A program made the translations under genes and the position numbers. Below, one piece after another: positions 1 through 13,109 of a stretch of 64,000 nt of DNA. The stretch lies in assembly GCA_013239625.1 (NCBI GenBank), contig MU054122.1, positions 398,773 through 462,772 of the forward strand. Direction: 5' to 3'. How positions within the stretch are numbered: the stretch's first letter is position 1; each line of letters opens with the position of its first letter. This DNA is from Lama guanicoe (taxonomy: Eukaryota). The notes beneath the pieces are model-generated. The model was not told the DNA's origin. It ran no database searches and worked only from the letters and a program-made list of their open reading frames with translations.

Positions 1-191
1 TTCGCCACACACATTCTCAGTATGTACAACTAATGGGAGGATTATTAAACAATAATCAGAAAGAGAACATAAAATAAGCAAGTTTAAAATCATTAGGGAC
101 ATGAAAGGGTGAATCAAGACACTAAGGAAAAAGCTATGATAAAAAGAAGCAGTTTTTTTTATAAAGAACCAATAGAACTATGACAAAAATA

Positions 192-383
192 CAGTGGACA
201 CCTGAACAACACAGGTTTGAACCACACAGGTCCACTTATACACAGATATTTTTCAAGTGTTAATGCTACGTTCCGACACAATCTGCGGTTGGTTGAATTC
301 GAGGATGTGGAGAAATCTTTAATAGGGAGGGCCAACCATAAATTATACTCAGATTAACCTGTGTGTTTTTCAACGGTCAACTG
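192..383. mobile_element. Tigger2a-like MITE (Tc1/mariner)
   Basis: TIRs CAGTGGACACCTGAACAACACAGG / CCTGTGTGTTTTTCAACGGTCAACTG, flanked by TA on both sides. Confidence 0.8.
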
Positions 384-597
384 TATTGTCATCGATATCC
401 AAATAATTAATGAAGAAAAAATAAAATAATTTTAAAAATAATCAATGGATAGGTCAAGTAACAAGATTAAACATGGCTAAAGAGAGAATTCATGATCTGG
501 AATACTATTGTGATAAAATTCTCCACTGAAAGAAAAGATGATGGAAAGCTTGAAATAGAGGCTAAAAGGCTTGTAGAAAAACCTAAGAAGCCCCATG

Positions 598-1640
598 TAC
601 TGTTGTGTACTGCTGCAGAACAAATTACCCCAACACCTAGTGGTTTGAAACAGTAACGTTTTATTAGCCCTCAAGATATCTGTGGGTCAGGAATTCAGGC
701 AGTTCTCAGCTGGGTGATACTAATGTCTCATAAGGTACCGAATGTGCCCTGAAGGGTTCCATGTGGCTTCACTCACACATCTTGCCCTTTGTTGGGGATA
801 ATTCAGAGGATGAGTTCAGCTGAGGCTGTCAACTGGAGTGTCTACACCCTTAGTCTCTCCAGCACAGTGATCTCAGCGTAGCCAGATTTCTTACTTAGAG
901 GCCAACAGTTCCCATCAAAGATGTTCTGCATATATCTGGAGGAAACTCAAATTTGAAAAGATACATGCACCCCAATGCTCAGAACAGCACTATTTATAAT
1001 AGCCAAAACATAGAAGCAACCTAAATATCCATTGACAGATGGCTAGATAAAGAAGATGTGGTTTACATACTATAATGGAATACTACTCAGCCATTAAAAA
1101 GAATAAAATAATGCCATTTGCAGCAACATGGATGGACCTGGAGATTGTCACACTAAGTGAAGAAAGTCAGACATAGAAAGACAAATACCATATGATATGA
1201 CTTACATGTGGAGTCTAAAAAAAAAATCACACAAATGGACTTAAGGCATTTGGGGTTAGCAGATATTAACTACTACATATGAAACAAAAAAACAGAAAGG
1301 TCCCACTGTATAGCACAGGGAATTATATTCAATACCTTGTCATAGCCTATAATGAAAAAGAATATGAAAAGGAATATATACATATGTATAACTGAAACAC
1401 TATGCTGTACACCAGAATTTAACACAACATTGTAAACCAACTGTACTTCAATTTAAAAAATTAAAAAACAGAACAAACAAAAAGATGTTCTAAAAGATCT
1501 GGGCAGAATAGAAGCTGCAAGTTTCTTATGATCTAGTCTCTGAAGTGCCAGGACATTACTTCTCCTGGATTCAATTGGTCATACAAGTTGCTAAGCCTAG
1601 CATATAGTCAACAAGAGGACTTAGATTCTATTTAATTCTG
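598..1640 (-). mobile_element. MLT1 (MaLR) LTR interrupted by an L1 3' fragment
   Basis: TGCTGCAGAACAAATTACCCCAACACCTAGTGGTTTGAAAC..TCTGTGGGTCAGGAATTCAGGC motif; the element resumes after 1481. Confidence 0.7.
928..1480 (+). mobile_element. 5'-truncated young L1 (ORF2 end + 3'UTR)
   Basis: GATACATGCACCCCAATG..CCATTTGCAGCAACATGGATGGACC, A-rich tail, perfect TSD AAAGATGTTCT at 917-927 and 1481-1491. Confidence 0.9.
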
Positions 1641-1649
1641 ACAGCGACT

Positions 1650-2250
1650 CCAGTGTGTGCGTGTGGTTTTTTCTCGTGCACCAGTAAGCAAGTAACTCAG
1701 CTCTAACGCTGTCAACCAGGAGACAGCATCAGATCCCGCAGTTAGGCACTCAGTCCTATAGGACTGCCCCTTTACCCACTTGAGGCAACAATACAAGTCC
1801 AGGTTGTTACCTGTGCTTCTGACCAACTGACTGTAGATCACAGGCTCCAACATCCCACTCCTTGGGTTTGATTAACTTGGTAGAGCATGCCAGAGAACTC
1901 AGAGAAACATTTGGCTTACTAGATTGCTGGTTTATTGTAAAAGGATATAATTCAGGAATAGCCAAATGGAAGGGATGCATAAGGCATGGTATGTGGGAAG
2001 AGGCAGAGCACTTCCATGCAATCTGCCCCAAATCTCTGCACGTTCACCAACCTGGAATCTCTCCAAACCTCATCTTTTTGGGTTTTTATGGAGACTACAC
2101 TACATAGGCAATATTGATCAAATCATTGGCCACTGGTGATCCAGTCAACCTCCATCACTTCTCCTCTTTGGAGGTTGGAGATAGAACTGAAAGTTTCAGT
2201 CCTCTAATCACATGACTGGTTCCCCCTGTCAATCAGCCCCCATCCATGAG
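1650..2250 (-). mobile_element. MER21-like LTR
   Basis: GGAGACAGCATCAGATCCC..CTCAGTCC..GACTGCCCC and GCTTCTGACCAACTG motifs typical of MER21. Confidence 0.6.
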
Positions 2251-4040
2251 GAATGAAAATACATCCAAGTCTAGAAATGCTGTAATAAAACTTCAGGACC
2301 CCAAAGACAAAGTCCTAGAAGCAACCAAAGAGGAAAGATGTATAACTTACAAAGGAATGGTAATTAGATTACAGCCTACTCCTATCAGCAAAAATAGCTA
2401 CCTAAAGTTAACTGAATCTCCAAAGTGCCAGGGGAAACACTGTCATTCTTAAGTTTTATATCTGCCTAAACTATCATGCAAAGGTGAAGGTGAGGGTAAA
2501 CTAAAAAGTGCTTCTAAAGACTGAAAAAGCTTCCCACCCACAGTCCTGTTAGAAAGAAAAACTATAAACAGTACATTCCAGAAGAAAAGAAACTGGCCCC
2601 AGAAGAAAGGCATGAGATGCAAGAATAAAGGTGAAGATGGAAAATGGAAAGCCAGCAGGGACTATATAAAACAAAGCAACGATGATTAATCTGTGACGGG
2701 AACTCCAAAACAAGATTGATCAAAATAGTACGATAATAATAAAGAACAGGAACTATCAGAGTTAAAGCACACTAGGTTTCTTGTCATATTCAGAAAGTCA
2801 GTAGAAATAGTAACTACTTTTATATATTGTTAGGTCAAATATGCACCTTTTCAACGTTAAGACATCCACTATAATACGGGAGGTGATAGATAAGTTAATT
2901 CAGTTGTGGGAATCCTTCCACAATGTAAGAAATATCGAGCCATCACGTTGTGCACTGTAAACATTTTACAACTCTATTTGTCAATTACACGTCAAGAAAG
3001 CTGAAAACGTGGCATTCATTATAAAGTAAAACTATGGTAACTCTTAAACCAGTGGAGGAGAAAAGAGAATAGAGAAAAATCAACCCATTCAGCAGAAGAT
3101 GGAAAGGAAGTATAAGGAAAAGTAAATAGAAGTCAAAAATAAAGTGCAAAACAAGATGGTATAAATAAATTCAAAGATATCAGTTATCAAAATAAATATA
3201 AAGAAAGTAAACCTACCAGTTAAAAGACAGAAACTCACAGATTAGGTAAAGATAAACAAAATAACACAGAAAAAAATAAAATAACAGTATGTGAAATTAT
3301 ATACAAAAGAAATGATAAAAGAAAGCTGAAAAATATCAGACAAAACAGACCCAGAAGTAGAAAGTATTATTAGAAATAAAGAAAATCATTTCAGAATAAT
3401 AAAAGGCATAACTCACTAAATAGAAATAAAAATCCTGAATCTCTATGGGAAAAACAGCAACATAATCTCAAATTACACAAAATGAATTTGATTTATTCAG
3501 CACACCTTTCTCTCCAAGAGACAAGAAAATTTGGAAAAAAATGATTGAACAACACAATTTGAAAAAAACATGTTCTCCTCAAGCTCACCCAGTATACCTC
3601 TGAAAACTGGTCACGTTCGATTCCATAAAACAAGTCCAGGAAATCCTGCAGAATGGATATGACAGAGGTCATATTCTCTGATTGCAAAGCAGGAAAAATC
3701 AGAAACCAATCACAGAGAGGCTAATAAACCTGTCCTCACTCTTAAACACACTTTGAAATAATTCATTGGTCAAAGGATCATCTCTAAATTTTTAAAACAC
3801 TTAGACAAAACCAATAGTAAAAAGACAACATACCAAATGGTAGGCTGTAGTGAAAGCAGGAAAATACACAGCCTTAAATGTACATATTAAAACAATCAAA
3901 AGGAAAAACAATGAGTTAAGCATCCAAACCAAGATGTTGGGGAAACAGCAGAGCAAACCCAAAGAATAGGAAATATACCCCTAAAATGGCATTATAAGGA
4001 AAGAAAATTGATAGATCAATCTAAGGAACCTATTTTCCAA
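2250..4040 (+). mobile_element. Ancient L1 ORF1 / ORF2 endonuclease remnant
   Basis: ORF 2246-2452 (KVLEATKEERCITYKGMVIRL) resembles the L1 ORF1p C-terminus; A-rich degenerate ORF2 sequence follows. Confidence 0.7.
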
Positions 4041-4049
4041 GTAAAAGAT

Positions 4050-5900
4050 GATCTTAGCCCAGGTCTCCCCCTCTTACTTTCCGAAAGCAAAGCTGAGACA
4101 GGAGCTTTTGTGCAGCTAATTTGTTTAACAATAAAACCCTGGGATCAGGAGAGAGAAACTGGAGAAAGTTAAGCCGAGGCAAGAAAGCCAATGTAAAAGT
4201 ACATCATTGAACTGCGAACCCCTGTGGATGCTGGAATACCTCACGCCAGGGATTTTCTGATGAACCTCACAGAACGTGTCTCAGTATACCTGTCCCTTGG
4301 TATCCGAGGGGGGATTGGTTCCAGGACCCCTGTGGATACCAGAATCCACAGATGTTCCAGCCCCTTCTACAGATCAGTTTTCAGTACACAGTTGGTTGAA
4401 CCCACAGACACAGAACCCGGACTGAACTTTCTAGCTGAAAGAAAGCTGGTGTTTCTCCATTAGCCTCTATTGCACAGTACATTTTCAGGTTGCACAAGGA
4501 TGAGTGACAGGTGCCCTGTAGTGGTACCCAGACCCCATCAGACTTCACATCACAGGAGCATGCTCCCTTATTAATAAAGTCTCCCCTCCTCAGTTGTATA
4601 TGCTGCCTTGTCTGTTGCAGCATTTTCAAGATCCACTCTCAAATGTGCTCCCTTGGCTTCTGCCAGGAGGTACCACAATTTGATGTGTATGCTCTTTCCT
4701 CCTGAAGACAGACTGTATTTTCTTGCTTAAGCCACACTGTGACCTGATCCTGGTTTCTAGTCTGGAGGCAATGAGGGAGGTAGGGGCAGAGATTAAGGTG
4801 GAAAAACATTGTAAGAAGAGGTATCTGCCTCTGTTGAGGTCTTTGCCTGTATCTAGGCAAAGTGAAGCTTCTTTCTCTTATCAGGGTGGTAGGGCGGGAA
4901 TGAGGTGTGGTTTCTGCCATCCCAGAGAGTTTAGGGGAACCTGGGGATTCAAGAGTCTCAGGTTTATCCACCCAAATGACCCATGACAGGTCTCAAAATC
5001 CTTCTCCTTTCCTGTCATAATCTTGGCATTTGCACGGAAAACCTGTCAAGGCTGTCGATCCAGTCTTCTTTGTAACTCTGCCATCCATGTGATTCAATCC
5101 TGGGCCAAAAATGTTCTGCAGCCACAAGTGATGATCCCTCCTTTAAATCCTGCCTTGGAGGTCTTCCAGTTTTCAAAGTCTGCACCGAGTTGACAGTCAG
5201 TTTCTAAAGCATTAACCCAAACCAGCCAATCTGCGATGTGTCATTACCATCACCACAGACTAGCCAAAGGCCTTATCTGTCTCAAGTGAAAGCTTCATCT
5301 TTACCTGCACTTCACCCCCATCCACTGCAGTGAGAGTCCGGGTGACTGGGATGTCAAGGATTTGCCCCATTCCACCTACCACCAGCAGTGGGATCCTGGC
5401 TGGTGTCTGACTGGTAAGTGATTCGGTTTGGGAACCCGATCCCAAGGGCCACTTCTTATACCAACTCTTGACCCATCCCCAAGGAAAGCCTGAGGCAAAG
5501 GCTTGCAAGTAGAAAGCTTATTTGAGAATTGATCTCCCGCAGCAGGAGACGTGAAAAGAGAAATCATAGATTTGGTTGGTCCATGCTGTGGGAATCTGGA
5601 GCTTATTAATCCCAGTAGGAACCCCCTGAGAAACCACTGGAGATGCCCCTGAGAATGGTTCATCTAAAGGCCAGGCAGGGGAAGTATTCATCCATCAGCT
5701 TGTGTCCCCCTGCGTCAAGGGTTGTCTTCTGAGCTATAAAGTCTCTCTTGGGTTTCATGTAAGTGAGGATCAGGAGGGTTCCTGCAGGAATAGGACCATC
5801 ACACCACGGCATCAGAGAAGATCCAGGAAGAAAACAGGAAACTTAGAGGTCAGCTAAGTTCACACCTGCACAAATATGGCAGTCTCAACAGAGGGTACCA
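4050..5900 (-). mobile_element. Degenerate ERVL element (LTR16-like LTR pieces plus internal gag-like sequence) with a nested MER2-like MITE at ~4283-4420
   Basis: LTR16-like AAAGC(C)TGAG(A/G)CA..GGCTT motifs near 4090 and 5490; the minus-strand internal start GTTGGTATAAGAAGTGG sits next to the LTR at ~5465. Confidence 0.55.
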
Positions 5901-5974
5901 GACATAAAACGAGGTTGTATACAAAGAACCAGGAATTAAGCTGTCATGAAAGCTGATGTAATCCTGTGCTTGAG

Positions 5975-6207
5975 AAGCAATTCTCAAGATAAACCACCTG
6001 GGTTCACATACAGGTCTTCCTACTTATCTGCTATAGGATTTGGGGCAAACAACTTTGTCTTTCTGTGCCTCAGTTTTCTCATATTTGAAATGGGGATACC
6101 TCAGAATGTTTTTATAAAGATTAAATGAGCTATTTTGTACAAAGAGTAACGTTAGGACAATGCCAGGCACGTCGTAAACACTATGTAAATAGGTGTTTAT
6201 GATTACA
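5975..6207 (+). mobile_element. MIR SINE
   Basis: Core TCTGTGCCTCAGTTTTCTCATATTTGAAATGGGGATA and an L2-like tail. Confidence 0.8.
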
Positions 6208-6429
6208 TTCTCAACAGTTGCAAAGGGAGCGAGAAGACCATGGAACAACAGCTTCAAAATTCTGAGGCAAAATTATTTCCAACCTAGAATTTTATACCAA
6301 GTAAGAAAGGAGAAACTACCTAATTGCCCTTCAGAAGGAGCATGATAAATATTTGGTCACTTACTCATTCAGCAATTAAAATGAATGAACTAGGCAACAT
6401 ACCATAAATCTCAAGGACTACATTAAAAG

Positions 6430-7005
6430 AACCATTAGCACTGTATGGTTCCAACTCTATGACATTCTGGAAAAGGCAAAACTATAAAGACATAAAAAGA
6501 TCACTGGTCTCTAGGAGTTAGTCGGGAGGGAAGGATGAATAGGCAGAGCACAGGGGGAGGGTGTAGCTTGGTGGTAGAGCGCATGAGCTATGCATGAGCT
6601 CCTGCATTCAATCCCCAGTACCTCCATTTAAAAAAAAGAATTTAAAAAAAAATAGGCAGAGAACAAAGGATTTTTAGGGCAATAAAAATACTCTGTATGA
6701 TATTATAATGATGGATATAAGTCATTTTGTGTTGGTCCAAACTCATAGACTGTACAACACCAAGCATGAACCCTAATATAAACTCTGGACTGTGAGTGAT
6801 CATGATGTCAGGGTAGGTTCCTCAGTTGTAACATGGGTACCACTCTGGTAGGGGGTGTTGATAACAGGGGAGGCTGTGCATGTGTGGGGGCAGGAAGTAT
6901 ATGGAAAATTTCTGTGCCTTCCTCTCAATTTTGCTCGAAACCTAAAAGAGCTTTAAACAAACAAGTCTTTTAAAAGTAAATACATACATGAAGTTTAAAA
7001 AAAAA
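6430..7005 (+). mobile_element. Old L1 (L1MC-like) 3'UTR
   Basis: TGACATTCTGGAAAAGGCAAAACTAT..AAACTCATAGACTGTACAACACCAAG motifs. Confidence 0.75.
6553..6650 (+). mobile_element. Vic-1-type tRNA-derived SINE
   Basis: GGGGAGGGTGTAGCTTGGTGGTAGAGC..TTCAATCCCCAGTACCTCC with A tail; TSD AATAGGCAGAG(C/A)ACA at 6538-6552 and 6651-6665. Confidence 0.9.
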
Positions 7006-7919
7006 ACCTACTGGCATTTATTCTCCTGATGGAATAATGGTTCACCACAAGAAAATCCAATTTCATTTATCATTATATGATTATTGCAGGACACCTACAA
7101 TCATTTTAGCAAACGAAAGAGACATTTAAGAAAATTTAGCAATATTTCTGAGATTTTTAAAAAATCCTTAGTAAAACAGGATTTGACAGCTGCTTCTAAT
7201 AAAATGATAGAAAAAAATAAACATTTTGAATCAAAAGGCAACCTCATGCTTTACTAATATTTAATAAAAACAATTTCTTTCTAATCAGGAATGAGACAAG
7301 GTCTTAGTAAATATTCATTGAATAAAGTGCACCTGCCATTCCACACAGGTTCCTGACATGCTTTTTGACTGCTGAACATGCTAAACATAAGTTTAAAAAC
7401 TTCGAACCCAAATGGAACCACATAAAAATACTCAACACTTTCATCCAGAGTTTAAAAACCAGCATCTAACTGCAAGTTATCAGTTGTGCTATTTTGATAT
7501 TTAGCCCTCAGAATTACAGTGGGTTTTCTAGCTATCTCTAAAACCTGAGAAGAGGACATTTGAAAATCAGTCTGATTTTACAGTCAGTCACAATTTACCT
7601 GCGTAATATTCCTCACTACTCATTTAGATGACCAACGTGATCCCCACCTGAATTCATGCAAATTTTAGACCGAGTAGAAAGTTTCTAGCACTCTTGGCAC
7701 TAGTGATTCAACTTTTGTTTTTCACTGACAATTCAGAATCCTTAAAGGCATCTTTCTCCCAGACGTGTCTCTAGAACATGATCTTATAAATTCAAAATTG
7801 AGGGGAAATATTTAGAAATATTTTGGAATCAGGCATAAACTTCAAATAATTTCCTTCTTGCCTCCTTTCTAGCACTCTTCTACACCATGATGAAAGGAAT
7901 GCAAATCTTCCTCCACTTC

Positions 7920-8353
7920 CCAGATAAACTCATCGTAAGTTGAAAATATTGTAAGTCAAAAATGCGTTTGATACACCTGTCCCACCAAACGTCATAGCTT
8001 AGCCTTGCCAACCTTAAGCATGCTCAGAACACTTAGATTAGCTTACAGATTAGCTTACAAAATCATCTAACACAAAGCCTATTTTACAATAAAGTGTTGA
8101 ACATCTCATGTGATCTATTGAATACTGTAGTGAAAATGAAAAACAATGGTTGTCTGGGTACACAATGGTTGTAAGTGTATCAGTTGTTTACCGTTGTGAT
8201 CATATGGCTGACTGGAAGTGCTGGCCAGTATCACGAGAGAGTATCTACCATGTGTGGCTAGCCTGGAAGAAAAGCTCAAAATTCAAAAAAGGTTTTACAC
8301 CATTTTAAAGTTGAAAATCTTAATCGAACCATCATAAGTCTGGGGTCGTCTGT
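7920..8353 (+). mobile_element. Tigger5/MER47-like DNA transposon remnant
   Basis: GATAAACTCATCGTAAGTTGAAAATATTGTAAGTC..AACCATCATAAGTCTGGGGTCGTCTG followed by TA. Confidence 0.7.
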
Positions 8354-8394
8354 ATATACAATGTATTTGTGAAACATGAAGTAAAATGATTTGA

Positions 8395-8745
8395 CCACAG
8401 TGCCTTTGCACTGATGATTCTATTCAATCCGCCAGAAAAACTCTTGCTCCAGATATGCCCACAGCTTACTCTCTCTTTCTTCAGTCTGACCAAATATTAC
8501 CTTACTCAGTAAGAACTACCCCTCAATCCCAGATGACCAGCACTTACTTTCTTACCTTGTTTTATGTTTTCCACAGCACTTATCACCACTACATAAATTA
8601 TATACTTATTTGTGTATTGTCACTCTTTCCCAATTACAAGAGAAGCTTCATGAAGGCACAGACATTACTTATTTTACCCTGTTCCTGCATTCCAGGTGCC
8701 TAGAACACACAGAAGGTACAAAATAAATATGTGTTAAATAAACAC
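8395..8745 (+). mobile_element. L2 3' fragment
   Basis: AAGCTTCATGAAGGCACAGAC..CCAGGTGCCTAGAACA..AATAAATATGTGTTAAATAA, the L2 terminus. Confidence 0.7.
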
Positions 8746-9779
8746 ATGTAAATTCTAGAGTATTTAGAATATATAGCCGACATTTTTCTGTAGCTAACCC
8801 AAGTATTGCTGAAAACTTCAGTCGCCTTTAAAAATGCTGGGCACAAGGACAGTAGTAACCCAAGTACAAATATAAGAAGAAGACTTAAGTAGTAAACAAT
8901 GCAGAATAAAGTATAATGAAAGTCTAGAGAAATGTACTGGCCACAGACTGAAATTGTCTAGCAAGTTATTTTCCTATGAAAACATTTCTTCCCATTGAAA
9001 ATTTCCTTTGGAAATATTTCCTTGGAAAAGATGGCAATGTGTAAATAAAGAACTAATGTGTTGTTAGATTACGCCCAGATCCTCCTGTTCCAATTTGCAG
9101 AGCACTCTGTTGTGAAGAAGGAGCATGAGGTTTTCATTCAAACCAATCTGTGTGTTTCCTGACTCTGCCACTCACTGGGTATGACTCTCAGCAGGATATT
9201 TAATCTCTCTGACTTCCCTCATCTGAAAGTAGGGTAAACCCAGCTAAGATGAACTCAATTCCTCCTCCTGGGTTTTCTAAGTTTTTCTGGAGGGGACCAG
9301 CAGCCAGCAAGATGCCCAAGCCAGACACTGACTGTCATCCTTCACACACCGCCTCTTCCTCACCATCACCCCACATCCACCTGATCAATCGACCATTTCA
9401 ATTCTACATCATTAACATCTCTTGAGTCTGTTCATCCTTCTCCATCCGGGCTGCCATCTGCCACGTCCGTGACCCTGGTCACCACCACCTCCCTCTAGCT
9501 GGATTATTGCAGTAGTCTCTGATGAGCCCGTGATCCAGGCTTGGGCAATCATACACTCACCTCCAAAACTCTGATTATTGAGGAGGTCATACCAAGCTGC
9601 AGGGACAGTTGGGAAGTCGTTCAGCACGGCGGCACTAGCACCCATGCGGAGTGCTGTCAGCTGCAAAGCCCTGGCAGGATGGTCCCTGTTGCCTGGTCTC
9701 CCTTGGTTCCTATTCATTTTCCAAACTCTGTTCTCTAACCCTCCAGATATTTCCAGAGCTAGCCAATAAAGATCTGTCC

Positions 9780-9935
9780 CGGGGGAGGGTATGGCTCAGT
9801 GGTAGAGCACATGCCTAGCATACATGAAGTCCTGGGTTCAAACCCCAGTACCTCCATTAAATAAACAAACATAATTGCCTGTCCCTCCCCCCTCCAAAAA
9901 AATAAAAACAAAATAAAACTAGACTGCTTTAAAAA
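9780..9935 (+). mobile_element. Vic-1-type SINE (long-tail variant)
   Basis: tRNA-Ala-like head with A/B boxes, AAACATAATTGCC..CCCCC tail, TSD AAA(G/A)ATCTGTCC. Confidence 0.9.
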
Positions 9936-12900
9936 AAATCTGTCCACGAAATTCCACTCCTGCCCATGCTAATTACGTTATGTAAGCTGGCAACCAGGAG
10001 CACCGCCCTGGCACATCATGAGACGCCCACCCTCTCCTGCAAACTTTCCTCCCACTTCCAGTGGCCTTAGCATTAGCTTTGCGATTCAAGCATGCTCCCC
10101 AGTCCAGCCTCCTCTTATGATTCTGTACACCAGCCGCACTCACCTTCCTGCCTCTGGGCTGACAGCTTGCTCTCTCTTGCTTCTGGACATGCTTTATTGT
10201 CTCGGCTTAAAATCCTTTCCATTGGTGTGCAAACTTTCTTCTCTTCTATTGTAAGGAGACCCTCTTCAACCAGCAGGGAGCACTGTTAGAGGCAGCTCTC
10301 TACCTGCATTTTTACAGGCTCACGAAGAGACCCTTAATGAGCCGCTGTTAGGAAAATCCTAGTGCAGGACCCATTCTGGGCCATGAGATCACTTTTCTCA
10401 TAATGAGGGTAAGGAGCTGTGATGATCTCACCCAGGTCCTGCGTCCACCTGTGTGGCCTGGGGGGCAGGGCCTTTGTTCTCCTGCTGCCCCCTAGTGGTG
10501 TACTTTCTCCAGTGGATTGCCCAATAGCTAGCTATTTCATAGTTCGCCTTGAACAACACAAATGTGAACTTCACAGGTCCACTAATATGTGATTTTTTTT
10601 CCAATAGCAAATCCTACAGTATTAGGTGGGAGAAGGATCCGTGGAGAGAGAGGAGACGGACTTCAAGCACTTTGTCAATCCACCTAGGCTTCGCGCAGCC
10701 ACCACCTATTGTAAATGAAAACTTGTCCCTGTGCTTCAGGTGACACCAAGAAGTGAAATGCACCTGAGATGAAAAGCAGACAGACTTCAAATTGTCAGTT
10801 CTGCCACTGCTAAGTCAGCCGACCTGACCGCTCCCAGCCTCCATGTCCTCATTTATAATAAAAGGATAAAATGCCATTCTCGGTACTAAATGCCCAAAGC
10901 AAGGTGCAGAGCTCTGTGGATAGTATAGCCCTCCTCTGTCTCTTTTTTAGCAAAAACAGTGTATTCATCAACCATCACTGTGTATGTAGCAGGTGGCCAC
11001 AGTGTGGAAATGGAGTGGAGCGAGACTAATTTTCCTCTATATATTCCTTTGTGGTTTTTCAAAATTAAATACTAGGTATGTGTCTTAACTATTCTTGTTA
11101 ATTAATTAATTGCATGCAAATACCTGCCTCACAAAGCTGTTGCAAAGAAAACCCAGCATCTGATAGATTTCTAATACATCCTGATTCCCTTACCCTTTGC
11201 AAGCGGACAGAAATTATCCACCTGGAGTCCAGCTTTCACGTGAAAGCTCGAGACTTTCTGGCATAAACCTCACTCGTCTGTGTGTGACAGCCCCCATATG
11301 TGCTTTAGTCTGAGTATACGTGTGTGTGTGTAAGTTCTCCATGTCTACGCTGAATGGGAGTCAGAGAACTTGCACCTGTCAGGTTGAAGTAACCATACCA
11401 CTAAATCATCTTCAAGGAAAGTTATCAAGTATGAGGGTCCTCAGGCTTATACCTCAATCTATAACAGTTTAATGTTTAATAGGTACAAAATAAATATTAA
11501 GCACTGAACTCAGACCCTTTACAAGGTGAAGGTGGTCCAGTCTGAGCTTCTGAAAATTAGAAGAAATTCTTTAGCACTCCTAGAATCACCCTCATTTTTC
11601 CCCCCTAGGAAATGGCCACCTATGATAGCTTCTCCAACTCTTTAACCATCACCTGCTTAAAGTCATCCCATTGCTCTCCCCTCTTCGCTCCCAGTAGCCA
11701 TTTCACCAACTCAGTCTCTCCGTTAATAGCCCGTTTGCCCACCTGTTCATTTTTCCATTTCCGACAGAGAAAAGGGAAAACTGAACATGGGGTGGAAAGG
11801 AAAGTCCTTGGAAAAGGAGAATTGATTAACCTAGAATAACTACTAAAATGCAGAAGTCGCTGTGACTTACAAACCGCTCTGGGTTAGATATTCATTAGAA
11901 GTAAATCTATGAACTTCATTGTGGATCTAAATCTATAACTCATCCTGTTCAAAGCTATTCCAAAGTAAGAGACCCAGGACCGTATCAAGTATTTATGTTG
12001 TTCTTCTAAATACATGTTTTATTTACCATAAAATATATAAAATATTTACTTTTTCCTAAAAAGATACTGTAAATTATTCAAAGTTCGGTACATCTCACCC
12101 TTTCTTTCTGCAGGTAAAATAGGTTTCTTGGATCACTAGGTATGTTGTTTAAAAAAAAAAAAGCAATCCTGTGGTCTTAGGAAAGCACAATTTGGTAAAA
12201 ATCAAACATACGCAGAAGACCTAATTGTTCCAAAAGCTATATATGAAAAACTGGACGTCCCTATGGAGAAATCAAAGGTAGTCATTTAGGGATTAGCAAA
12301 CAGCACTAGAATGATTAGAAAATAGCACAGAAATTAAATATTTATTCTTCCGTACTCTACTAGAGTAGGGGATGAAAAATTATAATTTGGGAGTGTTTTT
12401 GCTCTTGTGATTTAGAGTCACAAGAGCAGTACTAGAATTGGTATTTAAGTCAAAACCATTCTGATAATGAAAAAAATCCTCGATGAATTAACTACTTCAT
12501 TACAGACCCTTTATTTTCCAGTCATTTTCTTTTCTATTCCCTTATACGCAGACATGTAAATGGTTTTCACCCCAGAAGAACTACGGGTAGAGACTCCTAC
12601 ATGGTATTTCAGCTCAAAGTCACCACCCTTTAAAACAGCATTCTGTTACACTCTTACATTTCGTTCCACACCCAGCACATGGTTCGCTGCACTGTTTTAA
12701 CTCCTGTATGTTATAAACTAGAACTTCTTATTCTCTTAAAATCTACATGATGTGTCAAAGGTAATTTCACTTTAAATTAGAAGATAACCATATGTTTACC
12801 CACCTTAATTAATTTTCCCTTGGAAAATGTTCCTTTGATTATGTTTTGCATATTTGGGTGAGTTCCATTTTCCACCTGTGTTCAAAGGCACCGGCTTCTA

Positions 12901-13109
12901 ATGGGTTGATTACCTGGGTTAGAGGTCGGATACTATTACATTTCATTTACTGTGATAATGGACCTTACATGTTCCACATCACTGACGTATTATAACCTGT
13001 TTTATCAACTTATTAACTCTATTAAGACTCTTCAGTGACATTTACAGGTACGGAATTAAAATATAGATTTAGTCAAATTGATATTGTAACTACAATTATG
13101 AAGTCAATG

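Noticed and set aside
9780..9856. tRNA-Ala genes (also at 6553, 31294, 42730, 61710)
   Set aside because: Degenerate stems, A-rich tails and TSDs identify them as tRNA-derived SINEs.
11860..13050. Splice-like motifs in apparently unique sequence left of the satellite
   Set aside because: No consistent exon chain or recognisable reading frame.
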